Shown here: piece after piece, positions 9,081 to 18,496 of the stretch
Numbering within the stretch: the stretch's first letter is position 1
Layout: the number at the start of each line of letters is the position of its first letter
The notes under the pieces: model-generated
The model's input: the letters and a program-made list of their open reading frames with translations, nothing else
Told to the model about the DNA's origin: nothing
The model's database searches: none
Translations under genes and position numbers: made by a program
DNA from: Chitinivibrionales bacterium
Lineage (GTDB): Bacteria > Fibrobacterota > Chitinivibrionia > Chitinivibrionales > WJKA01
Assembly (NCBI GenBank): GCA_038247415.1
Contig: JBBRUX010000033.1
Coordinates: forward strand, 1 to 45,274
Length of the DNA: 45,274 bases
Reading direction: 5' to 3'

Positions 9081-9810
9081 AACGAGGAGAGGCACAAAAC
9101 GATCCTTGCTGTATCGGTTTGTGAGTGGCCTTCTTCGTTGTATACTTGCGGCAAATATCGTTCTTGTTATTCTAATTATTGTGCTGCGATTTGTTCCGGT
9201 TCCGTTTAGTTCTTTTATGGCTCAGAAAAGTATAGCGGGATTCATCGATCATGGGTTCAAACACGTCCTTCGCTATCAATGGGTTCCCATCGGTCGGATG
9301 TCATCAGCCTGTGGCAAAGCAGTGATAACTTCCGAAGATCAAAAATTTGCTGATCATGCTGGGTTTGATATGGATGCAATTCAAAATGCATTCGCTCGCA
9401 ATAATCGTCGGGGAAACCTCTCGGTTGGTGGTAGTACTATTAGTCAACAGGTCGCAAAAAACCTGTTTCTCTGGCCCGGACGATCGTATATTCGTAAAGG
9501 ACTCGAAGCCTATTGCACGTTCTTACTCGAAGTGATATGGTCTAAGAAGCGGATACTTGAAGTGTATCTCAATATTGTTGAGCTGGGTGATGGAATATAT
9601 GGTGTTTCTGCAGCGAGTCGTTTCTATTTTCATACCGATCCCAAGCAGATAAGTTCCAGTCAGGCAGCGCTTCTTGCAGCAGTACTGCCTAACCCAATTC
9701 GGTACTCAATAAATCATCCCACTTCTTATATTGAAAATCGTCAGCAGTGGATTGTACGATATATGGGGTCGAGTGAAATTGCATCTGCATACAGTGAAAT
9801 TATGAATTAA
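9073..9810 (+). CDS. mtgA: Monofunctional biosynthetic peptidoglycan transglycosylase (GT51)
   Basis: EDQKF..H.GFD, GGSTISQQVAKNLF, RKGLE and KKRILEVYLN motifs; N-terminal TM helix. Start is approximate (in-frame TTG at 9073). Confidence 0.92.
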   Translation: MSETRRGTKRSLLYRFVSGLLRCILAANIVLVILIIVLRFVPVPFSSFMAQKSIAGFIDHGFKHVLRYQWVPIGRMSSACGKAVITSEDQKFADHAGFDMDAIQNAFARNNRRGNLSVGGSTISQQVAKNLFLWPGRSYIRKGLEAYCTFLLEVIWSKKRILEVYLNIVELGDGIYGVSAASRFYFHTDPKQISSSQAALLAAVLPNPIRYSINHPTSYIENRQQWIVRYMGSSEIASAYSEIMN

Positions 9811-9873
9811 AAAAGAACTACCGTGCAGGATAGTGTCTTGATGGACACTCATTATTACTTTAAAGGAGAATGC

Positions 9874-10482
9874 ATGAAACTAAGAGCAACTATTAAATTA
9901 TGTTTACGTATATGCATTGTGGCAAGTGCTGCAGTGTGGGTATGGGGTTGTGAAAAAGTGCCCGATGCGGATATTAAAAATTCGAAGATGGTACTTGACA
10001 ATGCAAATAAAGGAATGGCTCCACAATTTGCTGCAACTCAGTATAATGCGGCCACAGCATCATTTGATCGTGCATTGGCCGAAATTGAGCGGCAACAAAA
10101 AACAATCCCCTTTTTCCGTAAATATAGTGCTGCCAAACGATATCTTTTTACGGCAACCTTAATGGCCCAGAGTGCCCTGGATTCTGCATCAAATAGTAAA
10201 ACTCTAGCTCATGCGCAAGCAGCACGGCAACGACTTTCGGCAGAATCACTCGTCGATGAGATCCGGCCATTGATTGCTGATGCTGTCAAGCAGAAAAAAA
10301 ATACGATGCACGTACAAAGTCAGCTCGACTCAATGGTATTGATCCTCACCGCAATAGATTCTCTTACCCAAGCAGGCAATATTCTTGTTGCCACAGACAT
10401 GGCATTGCAAGTGCAAACCGGGGCTTCGGCGCTTAAGGATACGGTACTGCAATTACCCCTCTCGAAAAAGAAGCGGCTATGA
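9874..10482 (+). CDS. Alanine-rich helical lipoprotein (DUF4398-like)
   Basis: AAGGAG SD before ATG 9874; lipobox VWGC; APQFA..Y..A helical pattern. Confidence 0.65.
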   Translation: MKLRATIKLCLRICIVASAAVWVWGCEKVPDADIKNSKMVLDNANKGMAPQFAATQYNAATASFDRALAEIERQQKTIPFFRKYSAAKRYLFTATLMAQSALDSASNSKTLAHAQAARQRLSAESLVDEIRPLIADAVKQKKNTMHVQSQLDSMVLILTAIDSLTQAGNILVATDMALQVQTGASALKDTVLQLPLSKKKRL

Positions 10483-10554
10483 AATGCGAGGGATCATGTA
10501 TTCCATGCGTTTGAGTGTTTTAGTGGGAGGGCACACTCAAAAAAAAATGTTGAA

Positions 10555-11145
10555 TTAGGATACATAGGCTTTAAGGAATATTTCTACTCCACGCCGAATC
10601 ATCATGATGGCATACGCAGCCATGAGAAGGCTGGCGAGTTTTGACACAACTTTTGCACCTGTTTTACCAATAAGTCTTGTGATAAGTGGCGAAAGCCAAA
10701 AAAGAATTCCTGCGAGGCATATATTAATAAAGAGTGCCAGCAAGGTAAGGGGATAACCAAATTCATGTACCTGAAGTAAACCTGTTGCGAGCACAGCTGG
10801 GCCAACAATAAGGGGCACGCCTATTGGAACAGCTCCGATTTCATCACCTTCAATACTCCTGCTTCGTTTTTCGTAAGTCACCAGGTCTGTTATAGAGAAC
10901 ATTAGCAGTAAAATTCCTCCCGCTATCATAAAGTCAGAAATTGCGATACCCAATACAGAAATGATCGTATTTCCGACAATTAAAAAAGTTGTGCCAACCA
11001 CAAGTGCTGTTATTACCGAGTGTAGGAGAACCCTTTTTCTGCGAGTTTCTTGAATTCCTTCGGTGAGAGTTAGGTAAAGGGGCAGTATGCCAATGGCATC
11101 GACAGCAACAAAGAGGGGAATAAAGCAAAGCCAAAAAGAATGCAT
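10555..11145 (-). CDS. marC: MarC family membrane protein
   Basis: FIPLFVAVDAIG, FMIAGGILL and AVPIGVPLIVGPA motifs; about 6 TM segments. Confidence 0.9.
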   Translation of the reverse strand: MHSFWLCFIPLFVAVDAIGILPLYLTLTEGIQETRRKRVLLHSVITALVVGTTFLIVGNTIISVLGIAISDFMIAGGILLLMFSITDLVTYEKRSRSIEGDEIGAVPIGVPLIVGPAVLATGLLQVHEFGYPLTLLALFINICLAGILFWLSPLITRLIGKTGAKVVSKLASLLMAAYAIMMIRRGVEIFLKAYVS

Positions 11146-11215
11146 AGGTATCCTTTTGAAAAAAAACAGTTTTTAAAAGTACTCTACCTTAAATTACATT
11201 TTTATACAGGTTGCC

Positions 11216-11244
11216 TTGTAAAAAAAAGGCAGATATCCTATAAT
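11216..11244 (+). promoter_or_regulatory. Candidate sigma-70 promoter for the lytic transglycosylase gene
   Basis: TTGTAA (11216-11221), 17-bp spacer, TATAAT (11239-11244). Confidence 0.55.
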
Positions 11245-11306
11245 CATAATGAGTTACTAAGAGAATCGATGGTAATTTTTCTTTACGAGAGTGAGTAGAA
11301 AAGTTC

Positions 11307-13382
11307 ATGACCATTCCAAAAGTTTTTCGATATAGCGCTTTGTTTGTTGGAATATTGGGTGTTGTTTGGTTTCGTGGTTTTTCGGCACATGAAACGGTTA
11401 GGGATTCCATTTTCCCTGTTCCCGACATATTAGCTCCCAATGTAGCATTTTGGAAACGTATTTATTCAGAGGTCAGTCTCAATGAAGGACTTTTTCATGA
11501 TCGCGAGTTCCCTTCTATTGTATATAAAAAAATTTCCTTAGCGGGAAGAAACGAATCAAGTATTATCAATGAAACTAAAAATGAGGTTGTTGCCCTTTTA
11601 ACCCGTATTGCCAAAACCCCTGTCGATTCCTTATCTGTAGCTGATAAGCAATTTCGAGATCAGTTGCGCAAGGTCTATGGAGATAGTGGTATAGATTCGG
11701 CAGCATCCAGAGTGCGGTTTCAGCGTGGGCAAGCAGACCGATTCAAGGCGGGATTAGAACGGTCTGGTGCCTATATTGACACCATACGAAAAGTTTTTAC
11801 CCAGAAGGGCATTCCTCTTCGAGTGGCATTTTTACCGCATGTGGAATCATCATTCAACCCAGAGGCATATTCGAAGGTTGGCGCAGCGGGGCTCTGGCAA
11901 TTTATGCGATCAACGGGGAAGCTATTTCTCACTGTCAATTATCTCATTGATGAACGACGAGACCCACTTCTTTCAACCGAAGCGGCTTCAAAATTACTGA
12001 AGGAAAATTATGATGCTTTACAATCATGGCCCTTGGCAATAACCGCCTATAATCATGGTGTTAATGGAATGAAGCGGGCTGTAGAGGCTACGGGATCGAG
12101 AGATTTTTCTGTTATTTTAAAAAAGTATGAAAGTCGGTCTTTCCAGTTTGCATCGCGAAATTTTTATGCATGTTTTCTTGCAGCAAGCGAAATTGCAATG
12201 AACCCGGAACAATACTTTGGGCACATAGCATATGCGAAACCGATTTCGGTGCAAAAAATGATCCTGCCTCAATTTATAGATGCAACAGCTCTGTGTTCTA
12301 GTTTGAAGCTAACTCATGAGGAATTTCTAGCATATAACCCCGCGTTACGTGAGGTGGTTTTTGATAAAAGAAAAAAAATACCGGCAGGATATGCGATTAG
12401 GATTCCTGCATTTAAATCGGTTGAAGATATACAGAGGGTTATTACGAGCATGCCTGCAATTGCACGTTCAGATACATCTGCGACAGAACATTACTATCAA
12501 GTTGCTCGGGGAGAAAACCTCGTCGCGATTGCTGCAAAAACAGGTGTTGGGGTTGTTGATTTGGCAACGCAGAATAATTTGACAGCCGATAAGGGACTTG
12601 TTGCGGGCCAGGTGCTATCCCTTCCGCCTAAAGAAATAGCTGCAAATAGTAACCCAAAACAAAAAAATGCGAGCAATTCTGCCCCCCAAGTTGGTGCTCA
12701 ACAGGTCATGCCAAAATCTGATTTGACAAGGGCATCGTCCGAAAAAGTATCCTTTGCCATCGACTCAACATCACCAGCAAAAGTTGTTCCCGAAACAAGG
12801 CGGGCTGATGCGCGATCATTTGACAAAAAGAGCGAATTTGATGCTGGCGTTTATAATTTAGAAGCAGTAGCACTTGATAATGAGAGAGCAAGTATTCACA
12901 TGGCGGTTGATGAAACAGTAGGGCATATTGCCGAATGGCTTGGATGCTCACTCGAAAAATTGCGAGCCCTCAATCGGATTGGCAGAAACGGCAGTGTGCG
13001 CCTTGGGCAAAAGATTCTTATTCCCGCCGATTCAGCTCGCCTAGAGCAATTTTCAACCAATCGGCTAGAGTACCATATGGCGCTTGAGGAAGATTTTTAT
13101 GCCACCTACCGAATCGCTGATGTTGTGTTTCTCCCTCTAAAAAAAGGAGAGAACCTGTGGACATTATGTAATGGTGAAGACCCTATTCCATTATGGTTAT
13201 TTAAAAAGTATAATAAAGATCTCGATCTTGTAAATCTTCTCCCCGGAGTATCAATTGCTATTCCTGTGATTATAGAAAAGACAGAAGAAGAAAAACGGAG
13301 CATGCCATCGTCGTATGAAGCGATTAAATTATTTAAACCTGAATCCTATCCTAAAAATCGTCTTTGGAAGTTTTCGCCTTAA
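11307..13382 (+). CDS. MltD-like lytic transglycosylase (SLT domain) with LysM domains
   Basis: LPHVESSFNP.A.S..GAAGLWQFM, DERRDP, LAITAYNHG; LysM-like YQVARGENL..IA repeats. Confidence 0.9.
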   Translation: MTIPKVFRYSALFVGILGVVWFRGFSAHETVRDSIFPVPDILAPNVAFWKRIYSEVSLNEGLFHDREFPSIVYKKISLAGRNESSIINETKNEVVALLTRIAKTPVDSLSVADKQFRDQLRKVYGDSGIDSAASRVRFQRGQADRFKAGLERSGAYIDTIRKVFTQKGIPLRVAFLPHVESSFNPEAYSKVGAAGLWQFMRSTGKLFLTVNYLIDERRDPLLSTEAASKLLKENYDALQSWPLAITAYNHGVNGMKRAVEATGSRDFSVILKKYESRSFQFASRNFYACFLAASEIAMNPEQYFGHIAYAKPISVQKMILPQFIDATALCSSLKLTHEEFLAYNPALREVVFDKRKKIPAGYAIRIPAFKSVEDIQRVITSMPAIARSDTSATEHYYQVARGENLVAIAAKTGVGVVDLATQNNLTADKGLVAGQVLSLPPKEIAANSNPKQKNASNSAPQVGAQQVMPKSDLTRASSEKVSFAIDSTSPAKVVPETRRADARSFDKKSEFDAGVYNLEAVALDNERASIHMAVDETVGHIAEWLGCSLEKLRALNRIGRNGSVRLGQKILIPADSARLEQFSTNRLEYHMALEEDFYATYRIADVVFLPLKKGENLWTLCNGEDPIPLWLFKKYNKDLDLVNLLPGVSIAIPVIIEKTEEEKRSMPSSYEAIKLFKPESYPKNRLWKFSP

Positions 13383-13411
13383 TTTTTAAGGTACTATCTA
13401 AAAGCAGGATG

Positions 13412-15037
13412 CTATTCTAGGACACTTGACAGAATTGCAGAAAAATCTTCGATTGAGAACGGCTTGACAAGTACCCCTGCAAAACCATGTTGTGCATAGT
13501 CTATCAAGATAGGATCATTGGAATAGCCGCTAAATACAATAACCTTTGCAGATTCATCAATCGCCTGTATTTGTTGTGTAGCCTCAAGGGCACCCATCCC
13601 ACCAGGTACTGTTAGATCCATGATGCATGCTTGATAGACATCGTTTTCTTGCAGTGCTGCTTCATATGCTTCCACGGCTGCTGCCCCATGCGTTGTAGAG
13701 GTTACGCGGTACCCATGTTTTGTGAGCAATCGGGTAACAACCATGCGAATGATATCATTATCATCCATAATGAGAATCCTGCGATTGTTCCCTTTTGTTA
13801 ATTTTGCGCTTGAAAGTTTTGGGGTTTCGTGTTTGTTTGAGATTGCGGGAAGATAAACGGTAATTGTTGTTCCAACTCCAGGAGTGCTGCGGGCTGTTAT
13901 ATATCCATCATGCTTCTTTACAATTGCAAAAACAGTCGTCAATCCAAGACCAGAATGATCTGGTTTTGTGGTAAAATAGGGATCGAATATTTTGTCAAGA
14001 TCACAGGGGTCAATACCTTTACCAGTATCATTGACAGTTAACTTTATATAAAGGCCCCACGGGATAGGTAAAAAGTAAGCGGTGTCCGAGGGAGACACAG
14101 AATCATTTATTGAAATGTTTGTTGCATTGATAAAAAGAGTTCCACCATCAGGCATGGATTCTTTACCATTTCTAATAAGATTTTGAATAACCTGACCCAT
14201 TTGTCCTCGATCAACTGAGAAATTCCAGATATCTGCTGCAATACTTAGGTTTGACTCAACATTGGTTCCGCTCAGGCAATACCCAATGGAATCTTCTAGA
14301 ATGGTACAAACGCTCATTGTCTCTTTAACCGGCGTTTCTCCCTGGGCAAAACTAAGCAATTGTTTGGTAAGGGTACTGGCTCGGAAGGCTTCTTTTTCGG
14401 CTTCAAGAATCAGTTGATTACTCTTTGAGTTTGTTGGTGAGAGAGTTCGGGCCATAAAAAGGTTGGTAACAATTCCGGTAAGAATATTGTTGAAGTCATG
14501 CGCTATTCCGCTCGCCAAAATACCTACTGATTCTATTTTACGAGTTTTAAAGAGCTCCGTTTCCATTTTGTGAATATAGGTAATATCATGCATGATTAAG
14601 ATTGCACCACTAAGGCGACCGTCGGAGGTGAGCAGGGGAGCAACTGAAAGCTTGATGAGATGCTCTCGCTGTTTGGAATCGATAAGGACAAGTTGTAGCG
14701 AGTGGTTTGGAAAATCCCCTGCAAAGATTGCATCGAAATTGAATGTGAATGGAATGCGAGTTTTTTCTTCGAGGAATTGCGCTGCGTTTATTAGGTACTT
14801 GCCAGTAAGAGGGCCATCATTGTGCTGAAAAAGCTTTTGTGCACCACCATTGCAAAATGAGATTGTCCCAATTTTATCTAATATGAGAACTGGCTCAACA
14901 ATTTTTTCAAGGGTGAGTTCCAGGAGCTTGTGTGCATGAGCACATTCAGAAGGGCTCTCTGCGCTACAACGTTTGTTACCTTTTTGTAGAGGATTGGTTC
15001 CTTCTAAAAATGTAGAATGTGGCACATTTTCTGTCAT
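13412..15037 (-). CDS. PAS-domain hybrid sensor histidine kinase/response regulator (CckA-like)
   Basis: PAS N-region; H-box IAHDFNNILT; DTGKGI, FDPYFTTK, GLGL; receiver ILIMDD..IMDLT..KPF. Confidence 0.9.
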   Translation of the reverse strand: MTENVPHSTFLEGTNPLQKGNKRCSAESPSECAHAHKLLELTLEKIVEPVLILDKIGTISFCNGGAQKLFQHNDGPLTGKYLINAAQFLEEKTRIPFTFNFDAIFAGDFPNHSLQLVLIDSKQREHLIKLSVAPLLTSDGRLSGAILIMHDITYIHKMETELFKTRKIESVGILASGIAHDFNNILTGIVTNLFMARTLSPTNSKSNQLILEAEKEAFRASTLTKQLLSFAQGETPVKETMSVCTILEDSIGYCLSGTNVESNLSIAADIWNFSVDRGQMGQVIQNLIRNGKESMPDGGTLFINATNISINDSVSPSDTAYFLPIPWGLYIKLTVNDTGKGIDPCDLDKIFDPYFTTKPDHSGLGLTTVFAIVKKHDGYITARSTPGVGTTITVYLPAISNKHETPKLSSAKLTKGNNRRILIMDDNDIIRMVVTRLLTKHGYRVTSTTHGAAAVEAYEAALQENDVYQACIMDLTVPGGMGALEATQQIQAIDESAKVIVFSGYSNDPILIDYAQHGFAGVLVKPFSIEDFSAILSSVLE

Positions 15038-15094
15038 ACGACCTCTTCTTTGCTAGATGAGCGTACTCGGCGTGGAACAAACGAGGCAATGCTA

Positions 15095-15886
15095 CTAAGG
15101 TAACATCTCGTTCATGGCCCCGGTTCGATAGCCCTTTGTATCAAGAGCGCAATACACAAAACCTGCTTCTTTACATGCTTTAAAAATATCCTCTCGCTGC
15201 GCCCACCCCCTATCGATTTCAGTTGCGCACAGTTCAACGCGAGCACACGTTCCGTGGTAGCGGACGCGAAATTGGGTATACCCCATGAGCCGCAATGCTA
15301 TTTCCGCTTTGTCAATTATCGTGAGCGCGTCAGAGGTGATTTTTTCACCATACGGGAAACGGGATGCAAGGCATGCGAAGGATGGCTTACTTGCGGTAGA
15401 AAGGTTTCGAGCTTTGGAGAGCTCCCGAATTTCCTTTTTTGTTAATTGCACTTCCATAAGTGGCGATCGAATACCTTCTTCTTCGATAGCCCGTCGTCCT
15501 GGTCGGTAGTCGCTCAGGTCATCGAGCGTTGACCCTTCGCAAACCACCGAAATTCCTTGTTCTAGCGCCAGAGCTTTGATTTTTGTAAAAAGTTCCTTTT
15601 TGCAATAATAGCATCTATTAGGAGGGTTATCCGAAAAGCCGGGGATTTCGAGTTCTTCGGAGCTGATGACGTGATGACGTGCATGCATTTCTTGAGCAAG
15701 CCGCGTGGCTTCTTCGAGTTCGAATGTTGGGTAGGTAGAGGATGTTGCCGTGATGAGAAGAACTTTATCGCCGAGTACTTCTTGTGCCACATGCGCAAGA
15801 AAGGTAGAGTCAACACCCCCAGAAAAGGCCACCGCTACCGAAGAATATGATTTAAGCAGCGTTCGTAAAGAGTCGATTTTTTCCAT
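15095..15886 (-). CDS. larE: LarE-like ATP-dependent sacrificial sulfur transferase (PP-loop, TIGR00268-like)
   Basis: AFSGGVDS, RCYYCK, DDLSDYRPG, ACLASRFPYG, GYRTGAMN. Start MEKIDS at 15886. Confidence 0.9.
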   Translation of the reverse strand: MEKIDSLRTLLKSYSSVAVAFSGGVDSTFLAHVAQEVLGDKVLLITATSSTYPTFELEEATRLAQEMHARHHVISSEELEIPGFSDNPPNRCYYCKKELFTKIKALALEQGISVVCEGSTLDDLSDYRPGRRAIEEEGIRSPLMEVQLTKKEIRELSKARNLSTASKPSFACLASRFPYGEKITSDALTIIDKAEIALRLMGYTQFRVRYHGTCARVELCATEIDRGWAQREDIFKACKEAGFVYCALDTKGYRTGAMNEMLP

Positions 15887-15918
15887 TTTAAAACCTTTAT
15901 TGTAGCGAATAAATATCG

Positions 15919-16908
15919 TTAAAAATAGACAACATAAGAAACAGAGCATGATTTTTTATCGCGTGGTTGTGGGTATACCCAGGTCCCAATTTCCGATTGT
16001 ATCGCTTCTTCAAATCTTTTCAGCATTATTTTGGAATTCTTTAAAGCAACGTTAAGGGGCTTTCCATCTGCGCCAATCGTGAAATCGTACACGAGAGAAT
16101 CAGATCCCTTTGAATGCCCTACAAGGAATGGCTTCATAACGGGTTGTAGAAAAAGCGGTTCGTAATAGGTCGTGATGAGGGTTATAGCTTGCAATGGATC
16201 GGTGGTTTCTACCGTGGGAGTTGAAAACTTCTTTTTGAAGAACGATCGTGTGTAGGACGCGAAATCGGATAACACAGAACAGGGTGAGAGTGTGAGAATA
16301 TGTGGGACACTGGTTGCGTTTGGTGGAAAAAATGTATCGAGGTCACCATGATACACAGTGTAGGTAATATCTTCTATCGTCAAGGTTGAATCGGGGTGTT
16401 TTTCGGTATGCCAGATTTCGTCAACTTTGCTGCGACCATAGCAGGTGTCTTTGCCACAGGCACTTGCTTGTTGAATAATATTAACTTCATTAACTAATGC
16501 TTGTAAAGAAGTATCTTTGCATCCATAAGGATTGATATACGCAGTGCGAACATGCATAAAGGTAGAGGTATCATGGTTCGGAGCGATAAGTGTATACTGG
16601 CGTACCTGCCAGATAATACCATTGTCTTTAACCTCCAAACGGTCTTTTATTTGATAGCCATTCTTATAAGTAAACGCTTCGTATAATCCTGCGTTTTTCT
16701 TTTTGCGGGAATCTTTTTGTTCTTCGGTAAAAAGTTTGAGCTTGCGATAATCTTCTGCGGGGTTCATCCAGGTGCTCGAAAAACCAATTGGCACGCCGTT
16801 TGATTGAAGTACTTTAATGAGTATCACAACAAATACAAGGATAATGGCAAGAGGAATAATTCTGTAGATGCTTTTCACGAGAGTGCTTTTTTGTTTTTTT
16901 TCTGCCAT
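15919..16908 (-). CDS. Membrane-anchored hypothetical protein with C-terminal TonB-C-like domain
   Basis: Single N-terminal TM; C-terminal FTIGADGKPLNV..FEEAI...I.TW.YP resembles the TonB_C fold. Confidence 0.55.
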   Translation of the reverse strand: MAEKKQKSTLVKSIYRIIPLAIILVFVVILIKVLQSNGVPIGFSSTWMNPAEDYRKLKLFTEEQKDSRKKKNAGLYEAFTYKNGYQIKDRLEVKDNGIIWQVRQYTLIAPNHDTSTFMHVRTAYINPYGCKDTSLQALVNEVNIIQQASACGKDTCYGRSKVDEIWHTEKHPDSTLTIEDITYTVYHGDLDTFFPPNATSVPHILTLSPCSVLSDFASYTRSFFKKKFSTPTVETTDPLQAITLITTYYEPLFLQPVMKPFLVGHSKGSDSLVYDFTIGADGKPLNVALKNSKIMLKRFEEAIQSEIGTWVYPQPRDKKSCSVSYVVYF

Positions 16909-17099
16909 TGCGCGGATCCTTTGTTATTGTTTTTGAAAGTGCCTCTTTAGAGCGGTTATTTGAATGATTATAATAATATACGCCTTGATACCATTTTGGT
17001 ACAAATTTTGAGCATGCAGAGATTTATTTTTCTGTCGGGTATGGGTTTAGAAATTTTTATAAAAGTAGCTATCGATTAATTCTAGCGCACGGGAGTAGT

Positions 17100-17651
17100 A
17101 TGCACGACGCTGTCAAAAAAATACTGAGGCATATTGGCGAAGACCCCGATCGAGAGGGTCTGGTTGCCACGCCTGATAGAGTTGCCAGATCTTACGATCA
17201 CCTGATGCAAGGGTATAAACAGGATCCACGTGCTATCCTTGAGAATGCAATCTTCCATGAAGAATGTAATCATATGATTATCGTGCGCGATATAGAAGTT
17301 TACAGTATGTGCGAACATCACATGCTGCCGTTTTTTGGGAAATGCCATATCGGTTATATTGCGCGTAATCGTATCTATGGAGTAAGCAAGTTAGCCCGTT
17401 TGGTTGATTGTTTTTCACGCAGGCTTCAAGTTCAAGAACGCCTTACTCAACAAATTGCTGCATGCCTTATCGATCCAATTGATGCTGAAGGGGTAGGTGT
17501 TGTAATCGAAGCGCAACATTTGTGTATGATGATGCGTGGTGTTTCTAAACAAAATTCCACAATGATAACTTCTGCAATGCTTGGCAGTTTTCGATCTGAA
17601 AATGCTACCCGAAGCGAATTTCTTGGCCTTATTGGCTCTCATCGAGGATAA
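17100..17651 (+). CDS. folE: GTP cyclohydrolase I
   Basis: IGEDPDREGL..TP.RV, SMCEHHMLPF, RRLQVQERLT, AQHLCMMMRGV. Confidence 0.97.
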   Translation: MHDAVKKILRHIGEDPDREGLVATPDRVARSYDHLMQGYKQDPRAILENAIFHEECNHMIIVRDIEVYSMCEHHMLPFFGKCHIGYIARNRIYGVSKLARLVDCFSRRLQVQERLTQQIAACLIDPIDAEGVGVVIEAQHLCMMMRGVSKQNSTMITSAMLGSFRSENATRSEFLGLIGSHRG

Positions 17652-17654
17652 CAT

Positions 17655-18479
17655 ATGCGTGTGTTGAAACGTGCTCTCGTATGCCTTTGCTTGTGTGGAT
17701 TAGACTACTGTTTTGCAGGCACTATCGAGACTCCGGCAATAATGAGTACTTCCATGCGAAAAGCTTACCGGGCATCGGTTATCATACCCGAAAGCTATAA
17801 GAAAAATCAAGCGCGATACAACGTTATTTATTTGCTTCATGGGTATAGCGGGGATAATACTACGTGGCTGCGCATGGCTCCTCTTCCTGTGTTGTCGGAT
17901 CGCTACTCGGTAATGTTTGTATGCATCGATGGTGATTATAACTCATGGTATCTTGACAGCCCGATCAAAAGCAACTCCCGGTTTGAAACGTACGTAACCC
18001 GAGAAGTTATTGCCTTTATCGATAGCGCCTATCGTACTGTTGCATTTGTAAATGGTCGCAGTATCTGTGGTTCGAGCATGGGTGGTCATGGGGCGCTCAC
18101 ACTGTTAGCAAAGCATCTCGAATTGTACGCGGCAGGCTCTAGCATCAGTGGTGTTTTTGATCTTACCGAGTTTCCAAAAAATTGGGAAATCTCGGAAGTG
18201 CTGGGACCGCTCGATGCCTATCGTCAATCGTGGATAGAGCATTCTTTTGTTGGGTGTGTGCCCCGTCTGGTTGGAAAAAATAAGGGTATTATGCTTGATT
18301 GTGGGCTGCAAGATTTTGCATTGCCGGGAAATCTACTCGCTCATGAATTATTGACTAAAAATAATATTGTACATAGCTTTCACAACCAACCAGGAACTCA
18401 TTCTCCAGGCTACGTTTCGGCAGTGTTTGAATCCCATGTCAAGTTTCTTATTGGATCCATGCGCGCGCAAAAGCGATAA
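17655..18479 (+). CDS. Exported alpha/beta-hydrolase esterase (putative esterase family)
   Basis: Signal peptide; YLLHGYSG; nucleophile GSSMGG; C-terminal PGTH. Confidence 0.85.
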   Translation: MRVLKRALVCLCLCGLDYCFAGTIETPAIMSTSMRKAYRASVIIPESYKKNQARYNVIYLLHGYSGDNTTWLRMAPLPVLSDRYSVMFVCIDGDYNSWYLDSPIKSNSRFETYVTREVIAFIDSAYRTVAFVNGRSICGSSMGGHGALTLLAKHLELYAAGSSISGVFDLTEFPKNWEISEVLGPLDAYRQSWIEHSFVGCVPRLVGKNKGIMLDCGLQDFALPGNLLAHELLTKNNIVHSFHNQPGTHSPGYVSAVFESHVKFLIGSMRAQKR

Positions 18480-18496
18480 TTTCTCAGGATATATAC

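Noticed and set aside
10510..10547. Intrinsic terminator between the convergent lipoprotein and marC genes
   Set aside because: A 9-bp stem (tttgagtgt/acactcaaa) is real, but the loop is long and the A/T tract is on the wrong side for either strand.
16997..17011. Sigma-54-like TGGTAC-N5-TTGA upstream of folE
   Set aside because: It deviates at both boxes and sits in AT-rich DNA, so it could be chance.
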